A stretch of DNA of 46,976 nt from Scyliorhinus canicula (GCF_902713615.1 NW_024055665.1:248001-294976); one strand, 5' to 3'; positions 22,233 to 33,340 are shown, counted from the stretch's first letter. Made by a program: numbers and translations. Notes: a model not told the origin generated them from the letters alone.

Positions 22233-23618
22233 GATTGTGACGTACACAGCTCAGTTAGGTGGATTGTGACGTACACAGCTCAGTTAGCTGGATTGTGACG
22301 TACACGGCTCAGTTAGTTGGATTGTAATGTACACAGCTCAGTTAGCTGGATTGTGACGTACACAGCTCAATGAGCTGGATTGTGACGTACACAGCTCAGT
22401 TAGCTGGATTATGACGTACAAAGCTCAGTTAGCTGGATTGTGACGTACACAGCTCAGTTAGCTGGATTGTGACGTACACAGCTCAGTTAGCTGGATTGTG
22501 ACGTACACAGCTCAGTTAGCTGGATTGTGACGTACACAGCTCAGTTTGCTGGATTGTGACGTACACAGCTCAGTTAGCTGGATTGTGACGTACACAGCTC
22601 AGTTAGCTGGTCTGTGACGTACACAGCTGTTAGCTGGATTGTGACGTACACAGCTCAGTTAGCTGGATTGTGACGTACACGGCTCAGTTAGTTGGATTGT
22701 GATGTACACAGCTCAGTTAGCTGGATTCTGACGTACCCAGCTCAGTGAGCTGGATTGTGACGTACACAGCTCAGTCAGCTGGTTTATGACGTACATAGCT
22801 CAGTTACATGGATTGTGACGTACACAGCTCAGTTAGCTGGATTGTGACGTACATAGCTCAGTTAGCTGGTTTGTGACGTACATAGCTCAGTTAGCTGGAT
22901 TGTGACGTACCCAGCTCAGTTAGCTGGTTTGTGACGTACACAGCTCAGTTAGCTGGATTGTGACGTACACAGCTCAGTTAGTTGGATTGTGACGTACACA
23001 GCTCAGTTAGCTGGATTGTGACGTACACAGCTCAGTTAGCTGGGTTGTGACGTACACAGCTCAGTTAGCTGGATTGTGACGTACACAGCTCAGTTAGCTG
23101 GATTGTGACGTACACAGCTCAGTTTGCTGGATTGTGACGTACACAGCTCAGTTAGCTGGATTGTGACGTACACAGCTCAGTTAGCTGGTCTGTGACGTAC
23201 ACAGCTGTTAGCTGGATTGTGACGTACACAGCTCAGTTGGCTGGATTGTGACGTACACAGCTGTTAGCTGGATTGTGACGGACACAGCTCAGTTAGCTGG
23301 ATTGTGACGTACACAGCTCAGTTAGCTGGATTGTGACGTACATTGCTCAGTTAGCTGGTCTGTGACGTACACAGCTGTTAGCTGGATTGTGACGTACACA
23401 GCTCAGTTAGTTGGATTGTGACGTACACAGCTCAGTTAGCTGGATTGTGACGTACACAGCTCAGTTAGCTGGATTGTGACGGACATAGCTCAGTTAGCTG
23501 GATTGTGACGGACACAGCTCAGTTAGCTCGATTGTGACGTACACAGCTCAGTTAGCTGGATTGTGACGTAGACAGCTCAGTTAGCTGGATTGTGACGTAC
23601 ACAGCTCAGTTAGCTGGA
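22233..23618. repeat. 29-bp tandem array (AGCTGGATTGTGACGTACACAGCTCAGTT), about 48 copies
   Basis: Period of 29 measured (tgacgtacac at 22441 and 22470); occasional 27-bp variants. Confidence 0.98.
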
Positions 23619-23800
23619 CGGCTGGTTCATGACGAAGAGCGATCCCAACAGCACGGATTCAATTGCTGCACCGGCTGAGGTTATTCATGAAGACCCCCAT
23701 TCTCAACCTTGCCCCTCGTTTGATGTGTGGTGACCCTCAAGTTAAATCACCACAGTCAGTTCTCAAAGGGAAAGAACAGTCTCCGGGACTATGGCCTCAT
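23603..23800 (+). mobile_element. tRNA-derived SINE whose head is the last unit of the 29-bp array
   Basis: agctcagttagctggacggctgg...ggctgaggttattcatgaag...ttctcaaccttgcccctcg...gtgaccctcaagttaaatca aligns by eye with the independent copy at 43823-44040. Confidence 0.85.
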
Positions 23801-24122
23801 TTGCATTTTATATTACATGGTGGCTGAAATAATGGAGAAAACTCTCTGCTCCTCTCTTTCAATTCAATGAAAGTTACACCATTCAGATTACATCAAAATG
23901 TGTTTTTTTGGATGGAGACGGAGAAAGAGGTGAGTTTCTGAAGAAGGGACAAAAAGTAGTGATTCCGAACGATAGAACTGACAGAAGATTCAATGTGGAT
24001 GTGGGATTTAATCGGTAAATGTTAGGATAAAATCATAGTTCTAGTCAAATTATGAAATGCTTGGTTACTTATAAATTACAAATACCAGAGTCTAACTTGT
24101 TGAATGGGCCATTCTCCCCCAG

Positions 24123-24422
24123 TGACACCGACTCCGCCCACTCTCTACAGCCTGGTCTCCTCCTGTCAGCAACACAACACCCACGGCTCCGTGACCTTCG
24201 GCTGTTTGGCGATGGACTACTCCCCAGAAATCACCAGCCTTACCTGGAAGAAAGATGGGCAGCTGATCACCACTGGAGTTAAGAAATACCCATCAGTAAA
24301 AACCCAGAAGGGAACCTACACCCTGAGCAGCCAGTTAACCATCACCGAGTCAGAGGGGGAATGCAGCAAAATCAACTGTGAGGTTCAACACAGCGTCTCA
24401 GACAAGAGCATTGGAATGGAAT
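24123..24422 (+). CDS. IGHM: IgM Cmu1 exon
   Basis: Acceptor TCTCCCCCAG at 24122; (V)[16 protein letters not shown]...[17 protein letters not shown]...NCEVQH...GME; donor T|GTAAGT at 24423; phase 1 matches J. Confidence 0.96.
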
Positions 24423-24631
24423 GTAAGTGTTGTGGAACCTGTGAGAAATAGAAAACCTATGATGACCTTGTATAGGGTCTTGGATAGAACTCATTTGTAA
24501 TACTCGGCAAATTCCTGATCCCTGGAAAATCCAGCTTAGTGTCTATTGACCACAAACATTTTTTTAAGTATATGAACTCATTTTGTTTATCAATTTCTTC
24601 TGCACGAAATATCTAATTGTGTTTCTTGAAG

Positions 24632-24940
24632 GTCCCAGAATTTATGCTCCAAATGTTCTCCTCACCGTGAGTTCCAGTGAAGAAATCACAAGACAGAAAT
24701 TTGCAACCATCGTCTGTTCAATTAACGATTTCCAGCCAAATTCAATCACGGTGAAGTGGCTGAAGAATGGACAACCCATGAGTTCAGGAATTGTCACCTC
24801 TCCCGCCTGTGAAGTGAACGGGAACTTCTCGGCGAGCAGTCGGCTGACAGTCTCCGCTGGGGAATGGTTCAGCAAAGCGGTCTTTACCTGCCAGGTCACT
24901 CATCAAGAGGTCACCCAAAATCACAACATCACCGCGTCTG
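24632..24940 (+). CDS. IGHM: IgM Cmu2 exon
   Basis: Acceptor TTCTTGAAG at 24631; (C)PRIYAPNV...[10 protein letters not shown]...VKWLKNG...FTCQVTH...NITAS; donor G|GTAAG at 24941. Confidence 0.96.
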
Positions 24941-25387
24941 GTAAGAGATCTAAACAGAGGAAACAATAAATTATCCTGCATTCTGATGTTAATCCAAATC
25001 AGGAATGTACTGAAGTTTGTACAAAGCACATAATAACTTCTAATTTACTGCCATGTAGTTTGTGTTTCATTCTGATGTAAGGGCTGCATTAGGGTTGCTC
25101 ACCATTCAGGATATTACCAGAACAGCAAAGAATGTTTCCACTACTTTGAAATCATTTAGTGAGTGAGGTGGAATTGATATCAGCTTTATTCCGAAACAGC
25201 TGATCATATTTCAGAGGCAGTGGGTGGCATGAAACCTTTATTGTTTCGGGTGAAAGTGTTGGAAAGTTCATCCAACCTATTTATAAATGAGCATTCATGA
25301 CTGCGCTCCAGAGATCAGGAATTATAAATCGCATTGGGAATGCTGCAATACTGATTCATTAAAATGATACCGGGGCTAAACGATTTT

Positions 25388-25712
25388 CACAATAGTGGTT
25401 AGCACTGAGGCCTCACCGTGCCTGGGACCCGGTTCAATACTGACGGCGGGTGACTGTGTGGAGTTTACACCTCCTCCCCGTCTCTGCACGGGGTTCCTCC
25501 AGGTGCTTTGGTTTCCTCCCGCAGGCAAATATGTGCAGGTTAGGTGAATTGGTCATGCTAAATTAACGCTGAACGTCCAATGATTAGGTGGGGTTGTGAG
25601 GCTACAGGGATAGGGTGGGGGAATTGTCCCAGGTAGAGTGCTCTTTCGCGGGTCGGTGCAGACTCCATGGGCCGAATGGTCCTCTTCTGCACTGTAGTGA
25701 TCTATGATTCCT
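25388..25712 (+). mobile_element. HE1-like tRNA-derived SINE (degenerate)
   Basis: agtggttagcactg head, ggttcaat B box, CR1-type 3' end atgggccgaatggtcctcttctgcactgtagtgatctatg. Confidence 0.8.
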
Positions 25713-25885
25713 TAATAGTTTTCACAGAACACGCTGGTTTTCTATTGTATATCGAAGATTAAAGGCGGTCTGTCGGGGTTGATATTTTGAAGTTGCTTTA
25801 TTCCCAATTAGAGAGTGAAGGCTGAATCCTGCTGTCCTGATTCTGAAGATGAAACGTGGGTTAATTTTCATGTTTTCATTCACAG

Positions 25886-26194
25886 ATCCTTACGCTTGCA
25901 CTGTTGCCTCAGTAACAATACTGCCACCGCCAATAGAACAGGTCTTACTGGAGGCGACTGTAACCTTAACCTGCGTCATTTCGAATGGTCCTTATGGAGT
26001 CAACGTGTCCTGGAGTGAAGCGAAGAAGCCGCTGAAATCAGAGATTGCAGACGAGCCTGGGGCAGATATTGAGAGCGTGCTCAGCAAATTAAACATCTCG
26101 ACACAAGCGTGGCTGAGTGGGGCTGTGTTTAACTGTGTGGCGAGCCATCAGGACCTGCCAACTCCTTTAAGAATTTCAATCCACAAAAAAATAG
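25886..26194 (+). CDS. IGHM: IgM Cmu3 exon
   Basis: Acceptor TTCACAG at 25885; (D)[15 protein letters not shown]...TLTCVIS...VSW...[13 protein letters not shown]...KKI; donor G|GTGAG at 26195. Confidence 0.96.
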
Positions 26195-26411
26195 GTGAGC
26201 GGTGAGACTGAAGCAATAAGTCAGTCATTGTGTCTATTTCTAGTGTCAGTGCAGCGGTCAGTATTTAGCATTCAGTGTATTTATGGTCCATTCTGATTGG
26301 TAATTCCACTAACTAAATACTCTGGGCCCTTAGAGTTTAAGGGGGAAATTGATATGCAGACGAATGAACAATGAATTGAAAACAGCGATGTTGAGTTTAG
26401 ATGGAGCGAGA

Positions 26412-27700
26412 CCATAGTCCACAGGACTTAGGCGCAGATGTAACCCATTGGGCCCATCAACACTGGTCCAGCCTTCAGTGAGGTCATGACTGATCTGCTG
26501 TGATTATCTTCAACTCCTCTTTCCAGCCTTATCCCCATATCCCTTGACGCCTTGACTGATTTAGAATATGTCTCCCTCAACCTTGAACGTACTCGCCGAC
26601 CCAGAATCTACAGCCCCCCTGCGTTAAATAACTCCACAGCTTCACTACCCTCTGAGAGAGGAAATTCCTGCTCATCTCTGTCTGAAATGGGCGAACCCTC
26701 ACTTTGTGATCCTGCACTGCTCCGAGACGCTCCCACAGGGGTAAACAACCTCTCAGCGTCTATACAAAGAAACTCCCCGAGAATCTTGTCCCAATTAGGT
26801 CGCTTTATTCCTCTGAACTCCAAGAAGTACAAACCAGCAAAGTTACCCTCAGCTCATAAGAAAATGCCTCCATACTCGGGATCAACCTCATGATCCTTCT
26901 CTGGACTGCCTTCAAAACCAATCTGTCTTCCTCAGATAAGGGCAACAAAACTATTCAAAGTGTATCAGGTGTAGTCTAACTAAATAATAATAATTGCTTA
27001 CTGTCGCAAGTAGGCTTCAATGAAGTTACTGTGAAAAGCCCCTAGTCGCCACATTGCGGCGCCTGTTCGTGGAGTCCGGTACGGGAATGCCTTGTATAGT
27101 TTTAGCCAGACTGCCCCATGTTTATATTCTATTCCCTTTGAAATAAATGTCAACATTCAATTTGTCTCCATATTACCTGCAGAATTTGCTTTTTGTGGTT
27201 TCTGCACGAGGACCCCCAATTCCCCCGTTACTTCAGCTTTCTCCAGTCTTTCTCCAGCTAAATAATATTCCGCTATGTTCTTCCTCCTCCCAAAGTGTGT
27301 AACCTCACATTCTCTGTCCCTCTGTGGATTTTCTGTAATCCTCACCACTTGCCTTTCTACCTATTTTTGCCATCTGTAAACATGGGAATAGTACATTCAT
27401 TTATTAAACACAGTTTTGAAATTCATGTATATTACATCTATTGCCCCCCACCCCTCCCCCTCTCTAGCCTTCGCGTTATCACCTCGAATAAGGGCAATAA
27501 AGTTTTCAGGCATGAGTTACCCTTCATGAAGCCGTGCTGACTCTGTTTGATTATGTTATGTATTTCGAAATGCTCAGCTATTGGATCTGTTATAATGGAC
27601 TCGAACCGTTTTCCACGGACAGATGTTAAGGTCGCTGGCCTAATAGTTACCTGATTTTGACTCCCTCCCCTTTTGAATAAGGCAGTTTTCCAATCCTCTG
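26412..27700 (-). mobile_element. Degenerate CR1-like LINE 3' portion, interrupted by a SINE fragment at about 26983-27088
   Basis: Reverse-strand CR1 3' end (cttcactaccctctgagagaggaaattcc), RT remnants (ORF 27157-27348 EVTHFGRRKN...ELGVLVQK); the internal SINE piece ttactgtgaaaagcccctagtcgccacatt is shared with 31706 and 34692. Confidence 0.7.
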
Positions 27701-27996
27701 GGAGTAAGGTGGGAGGAGCCTGGTGTGGAGTTTATACACCAGCGCAGAACAGTTGGGCCGAATGGCCTGTTTCCTTGCTGTACACTTTCTGAAACTTTCG
27801 AATCCAATATCCGTAAATTCTCAGGGAAAAGGTTGTGTCCACCTCTGCTCCGAGCTGGGAAACCGGACAGATCCCAAAGTGGAAAATGGAAACCTTTAAA
27901 ATCCAACACAAAACACATTTCTCTCATATCTAACCCGCGGTTCCATTGTCTCCGGAATTCCCCATTTTATTGACATTTATTGTACATTTTCTGCAG

Positions 27997-28388
27997 ATCC
28001 CAATCCACGGGAACCGTCTGTCTCTGTCCTCCTGCCCTCGGCTGAAGACGTCTCCGCTCAGAGATTCGTCTCCCTCAGCTGCTTAGTGAGAGGTTTCTCC
28101 CCCCGAGAGATCTTCGTCAAGTGGACCGTCAATGACAAGCCGGTGAATCCCGGGAACTACAAGAACACCGAGGTGATGGCGGAGAACGGCAATAGCTCCT
28201 TCTTCATGTACAGCCTGTTATCCATTGCAGCGAAGGAGTGGGCCAGCGGCGCTTCTTACTCCTGTGTGGTGGGACATGAAGCCATCGCCTTGAAGATCAT
28301 CAACAGAACGGTTGATAAATCCAGCGGTAAACCCAGTTTTGTGAACATTTCCCTCGCTCTGATGGATACCATTAATTCATGTCAATGA
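27997..28388 (+). CDS. IGHM: IgM Cmu4 exon with secretory tailpiece
   Basis: Acceptor TTTTCTGCAG at 27996; (D)[13 protein letters not shown]...[18 protein letters not shown]...YSCVVGHE...DKSS|[20 protein letters not shown]; N-glycan site NIS and penultimate Cys; internal donor G|GTAAA at 28327 for the membrane form. Confidence 0.97.
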
Positions 28389-28410
28389 GAATCGATTGGT
28401 TATATTTTGA

Positions 28411-28430
28411 AATAAAATAAAAATAATAAA
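28411..28430 (+). terminator. Secretory-form polyadenylation signals (AATAAA cluster)
   Basis: AATAAA at 28411, 28416 and 28425, starting 23 bp after the tailpiece stop. Confidence 0.85.
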
Positions 28431-28789
28431 GTTATTTTCCCTCCAGTTGTGATTTAAATGTACAGCCACTTAATTAATGTCGCTTCCACTTTGCTGATAT
28501 TAGATCTGTTCAATGAGACCCGGATTTCTACAGGTCTCGGCCCCAAGTCTGATACAATCAGTGCTCCCAGCTCAGATACACCCTGGGTTAGAGACAGAGT
28601 AAAACTCATTCATTCCAGGATTCAGCAAAATATCTTCATTGACTTTCCTCCCGCTGAGGAGAAATCGGACAATTTCCCATTTCAGACAAACAAACCCATC
28701 ACATTTAAATCTCGGTGTTCCTGCTTCTCCCATTGTCCATCCCTTTAAAATTAATGTCAGCTTTAAGTTACTGCATCACACCCACTGGG

Positions 28790-30510
28790 AACAGAATTGA
28801 GGGTCACACAGAAACATGGACCAACAATTCCCCATCAAAGAGAGGGGAAAGGGAAATGATTAACCCACTGTACCCACACTTTCCCAACAGAGGCGGAGGG
28901 CCTTTAGGTAATCAACTGTACCCCCACTTCCACAAAAAGAGAGTGGGAGGGCCTTTCGTTAATCCACTACATCACTTCCCCAAGAAAGAGATAGGCGGAA
29001 TCCAGTTTGTTCATTCACTGTATCCCCACTCTCCCCACAGATAGATGCGGAGGGCCTTTAGTTAATCCACCGTACCCCCACTCTCCCCACAGATAGAGGC
29101 AGAGGGTCCTTAGTTAACCCACTGTAACCCCACTCTCCCCACACAGAGAGGCGGAGCTCCTTTAGTTAATCCACCATCCCCCACTTCCACAACAAAGAGA
29201 TTGGGAGGGCCCATAGTTAATCCACTGCACCCCTACTTTCCCAACAGAGAGAGGAGGAGGGGCATTCCTTTATCCTCTATGTGCTCACTTCCTCAAAAGA
29301 GAGAGAGGCGGAGGGTCTTTATTTAATCCCCAGTACCCGACTTCCACAAAAAATGAGATTGGGAGGGGCATCAGTTATCACACTGTACACCCACTTCCCC
29401 TGGAAAGAGATAGGCGGAGTGCCTTTAGTTAATGCACTGTACCCCCACTCTCCACACAGAGAGAGGCAGAGGGTCTTTAGTTAATGCACTGTACCCCCAC
29501 TCTCCCCACAGAGAGAGGAGGAGGGTCTTTTGTTAATCCACCGTACCCCCACTCTCCCCACAGAGAGAGGAGGAGGATCTTTAGTTAATGCACTGTACCC
29601 CCACTCTCCCCACAGAGAGAGGAGGAGGGTCTTTAGTTCAGACACTGTACCCCCACTTCCACAACAAAGAGATTGGGAGGGCCTTTAGTTAATCCACTGT
29701 ACCCCTACTTTCCCAATAGAGAGATGAGAAGGGGCTTTCCTTTATCCTCTGTGTGCTCACTTCCTGAAAAGAGAGGAGGGGAATTATTTAATCCGCGGTA
29801 CCCCACTTCAACAACAGAGAGGGCAGGGGCATTAGTTAATTCACTGTACCCCCACTTCCCCAAAAGAGAGAGGGGAGGGGCATCAGTTAATCCACTCTGT
29901 CCACATTTACCCAAAAAAGAGAGGGGAAGAGGCATTCGTAAATGCCCTGCACCGCAACTCCCTAACAAAGAGGAAGGGATATTAGTTAACCCACTGTAAC
30001 CCCACTTCCACACCAATGCGTGGGGAGTGCAGTATTTAATACACTTATCCCCACATATACACCATATAAAGGAGGGGAGTTTGTTAACACAGTGTACCAC
30101 ACTTCCCCAACAGAGAGGGGGGGAGGGGCATTAGTTAAATAACTGTACCCCCACTTCAACAACAGAGAGGGGAGGGGCATCACTTAATCCACTGTTCACC
30201 CACATCCCGAACACAGAGGGGGAGGGGCATTAGTTAATCCACTGTGCCCGCACGTCCCGAAGAGAGAAGGGAGGGGGAGGGGCATTAGTTAACCCACTGT
30301 ACCCCCACGTTCCAAACAGAGAAGAGGAGGGACATTAGTCAATCCACTGTACCCCCACATCCCGAACAGAGAGGGGAGGGGCATTAGTTAATCCATTGTA
30401 CCTCCAGTTCAACAACAGAGAGGGGGAGGGGCATTCGTTAACCCACTGTACCCCCACTTCAACAACAGAGAGGGGAGGGGCAATATTAACCCATTTCACC
30501 TCCACGTTCC
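28790..30510. repeat. 52-60-bp minisatellite (GGAGGGGCATTAGTTAATCCACTGTACCCCCACTTCC..ACAGAGA), about 30 copies
   Basis: Core TTAGTTAATCCACTGTACCCCCAC recurs throughout; period of 52 measured at 29471/29523. Confidence 0.92.
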
Positions 30511-31009
30511 CGAGGAAAAGTGGAGGAAGGTGATGAGTGGACTCTCTGTATCTCCACCTCCTCAGCAGGTGGAAACCCAAAGAGAATTTGTTCAGCTGAC
30601 CAGAGAGAGGGAGATTATTCACTCCAAAGAGAAAATGCTGGAAAATCTCAGCAGATTCCAGCATCCGTAGGAATTTGTTTTTATCCAGAGATGATTAACT
30701 CACTGTCCTCCCAATCCCCAAGCAGCGAGTTTGAGAGCGGACGGGTCTATACTCTGAGCATTCTGTCACTGACATTACAAGTCGGCTTGTAGTTTACTGC
30801 CTGAAGATGTGAAAAGACCACCATGATAAAGATGTTCTTTAAATATCTATTTATGCAACAGAATTTTACTTTTTTTTGCACTCTAGTTCCTCTTATCCGT
30901 ATGCTAAAACTGATTCCCCATAATCCAAATCCAGACTGGTGATGGAATTCTCCCTGGATTTTCATTGTTCTCTCCTAAGGCACCTCCTTGTATTTTTGCA
31001 TTAGGTCAC

Positions 31010-31700
31010 CTGATGTCAGCTTGCAACTCACACAAAACACACTTATAAGCACAAAGTTCAACATATGCAACATCGGTACCAATAATACCCACAACTGGCA
31101 AAGCTACAGGCAGCTGATACAAATACACAAACACACAGTTAAACAGACTTAAACACAACACATACATACACCCCCTTCCCCACAGACATATACACATGCA
31201 CACATGGACACAAACACACACACAGAAACACACACAAAACATACACCCGGCACCACAAACCAAACATATATTGACACAAGAACACACGCGAACGTGTACA
31301 GAAATGCACAAACATGCATACAAACACAAAAAAGCACACGCTTATACTCACATACACATTGACACATACAGACACTAATATACGTACACAATCAGGCACA
31401 CAAGCGTACACAAACATACGCATACACCCACATGTCCACACAGATACACAAAGATGCAAACGCAAACATATAAAACCAGACAAGTAGACTGACAAGTAGA
31501 ATATGAAACACAAATGTAACCAATAACATATACAATCACACAATTTCACGATGACAGAAGTATAGAATTAAGGACAGAGACAATAATCCACATTACCACA
31601 ATTATGGGTACACGTAGATATATACTCGTACACATGTTAACACGAATATACATTAGTGCACATGGAGACATCAATACACAAGTAATACATAGCTATAAAC
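31010..31700. repeat. CA-rich low-complexity tract (similar tracts at about 32225-32435 and 32670-32870)
   Basis: Degenerate (CA)n/(CATA)n; produces spurious C/V/M-rich ORFs on the minus strand. Confidence 0.8.
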
Positions 31701-31705
31701 AACCA

Positions 31706-31872
31706 TCATTTAGCACAGAGCAAAATTGCTGGCTTTGAAAGTAGATCAAGCAGGCCAACAGCATGGTTCGATTCCTGTAACAGCCTCCCCGAACAGGCGC
31801 CGGAATGTGGCGACTAGGGGCTTTTCACAGTAACTTCATTTGAAGCCTATTCGTGACAATAAGTGATTTTCC
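31706..31872 (+). mobile_element. tRNA-derived SINE, same family as 34692-34899
   Basis: gctggctttgaaag...ggttcgattcctgta...ggcgccggaatgtggcgactaggggcttttcacagtaac. Confidence 0.85.
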
Positions 31873-31894
31873 TTTTTTTTCATCAACGCATACA

Positions 31895-32222
31895 CAGCAC
31901 TACTGTCTCCCAGTGCCAAAGGCCGGGTTCAATTCCAACCTTGGGTGACTGCCTGTGTGGAGTTTGCACGTTCTCCTGTGTCTGCATCGGTTTCCTCCGG
32001 GTGCACCCGTTTCCTCCCACAGTCCAATGATGAGCAGGGTAGGTGGATTGGCCATGCTTCATTGCCCCTTAGTATCCAAAAGGTTAAGTGAGGTTATGAG
32101 GTTATGAGGGTGGGGCGGGAGCGTGCACCTCGGTAGGGAGCTCTTTCACAGGGTCGCTGCAGACTCGATGAGCCGAATGGCCTCGTTCTGCACTGTAGGG
32201 ATTCTATGATGATAATTCTATG
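31895..32222 (+). mobile_element. HE1-like SINE
   Basis: gggttcaattcc B box, gtttcctcccacagtcc core, gccgaatggcctcgttctgcactgtagggattctatg tail. Confidence 0.82.
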
Positions 32223-32437
32223 ATAAAACACACACACATATATATGCACACGCATATACAAGCACAAATGCGCTTATCCAGTCACAAACATTAAGACACT
32301 GGCATGCATGATGTACGCAAATGGACACAATAACACATATTACTAGGCAGGAAAGTACAAACACATATTAACCCAGGCATTAATAAATAAACATAGACTT
32401 CCACACATAAGCATACACAATAACAGACTCATATTAA

Positions 32438-32665
32438 GGCAGCACAGAAGCGCAGTGGATTCTCCCTGATGCCTCATGTCGCCAAAGTTACAGGTTCGAT
32501 CCCGGCTCTGCGTCACTGTCCGTGTGGAGTTTGGACATTCTACCCGTGTTTGCGTGGGTTTTGCCCCCACAACCCAAAATGTGTGCAGGCTAGGTGGATT
32601 GGACACGCTACATTGCCTCTTAATTGGAAAAAAAATGAATTGTGTACACTAAATTTATGAAAAAA
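32438..32665 (+). mobile_element. Short SINE, same family as 5146-5361
   Basis: caggttcgatcccggctctg...cccccacaacccaaaatgtgtgc...ttaattggaaaaaaa. Confidence 0.85.
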
Positions 32666-32875
32666 ATAAATAACACACTCATATCTCCACATTGATAGAA
32701 GATAAACAAAGTGTACATACAGGCGCTGACACACAAATACACAGATCAGTACTCATTGGCACATGAACACACACAATGGCATTTTACATACATCTGGACA
32801 GGCAAAAGAAGCAAAACATGAGATCCCCATCCACACAGACACAAATGCTAAAGAACAAATACAAATGTCAGGCAA

Positions 32876-33050
32876 GGGGCGGCATGGTGGCGCAGTGGTT
32901 AGCACTGCTGCCTCACGGCGCCGAGAACCTGGGTTCGATCTTGGTCCTGGATGACTGTCCGTGTCCGTGGGTTTGACCTCCACAATCCAAAGCTGTACAG
33001 GGTAGGTGGATTGGCCACGCTAAACTGCCCCTAAATTGGAAAAAGAAAGT
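32876..33050 (+). mobile_element. Short SINE, same family as 5146-5361
   Basis: ggggcggcatggtggcgcagtggttagcactgctgcctcacggcg...gggttcgatc...taggtggattggccacgctaaactgcccctaaattggaaaaa. Confidence 0.85.
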
Positions 33051-33212
33051 TACAGAGATCGGTTGGTGAGTGTCACGAACTCTACAGTAGCTATGCAATG
33101 AAAAATATATTAGAGAATGAATGATCAGATAAAGAAAATTAAATGAGAATATTAACAATGTATCCTGGATTAATAAACAACTTAATATATTTATTGGGCT
33201 CTATCCTCGTAG

Positions 33213-33340
33213 ATACCACAGACCACACCTGGACTGAAGACGATGAGGATGATAACAGGAACATCTGGACAACCGCTTCCACATTCATCACACTGTTCGT
33301 CCTGAGCATGTCCTACAGCGCTGCAGTCACTCTGGTGAAG
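33213..33340 (+). CDS. IGHM: IgM transmembrane exon TM1
   Basis: Acceptor CCTCGTAG at 33212; (D)TTDHTWTEDDEDDNRNIWTTASTFITLFVLSMSYSAAVTLVK with acidic spacer and CART-type TM; phase-0 donor |GTGAGA at 33341. Confidence 0.95.

Noticed and set aside
22233-23618. CRISPR-like appearance of a regular 29-bp repeat
   Set aside because: Units are directly adjacent with no unique spacers, there are no cas genes, and the context is vertebrate.
23610-23680. tRNA-like A/B boxes here and at other SINE heads
   Set aside because: No complete cloverleaf or acceptor stem; each continues into a SINE body, so these are not tRNA genes.
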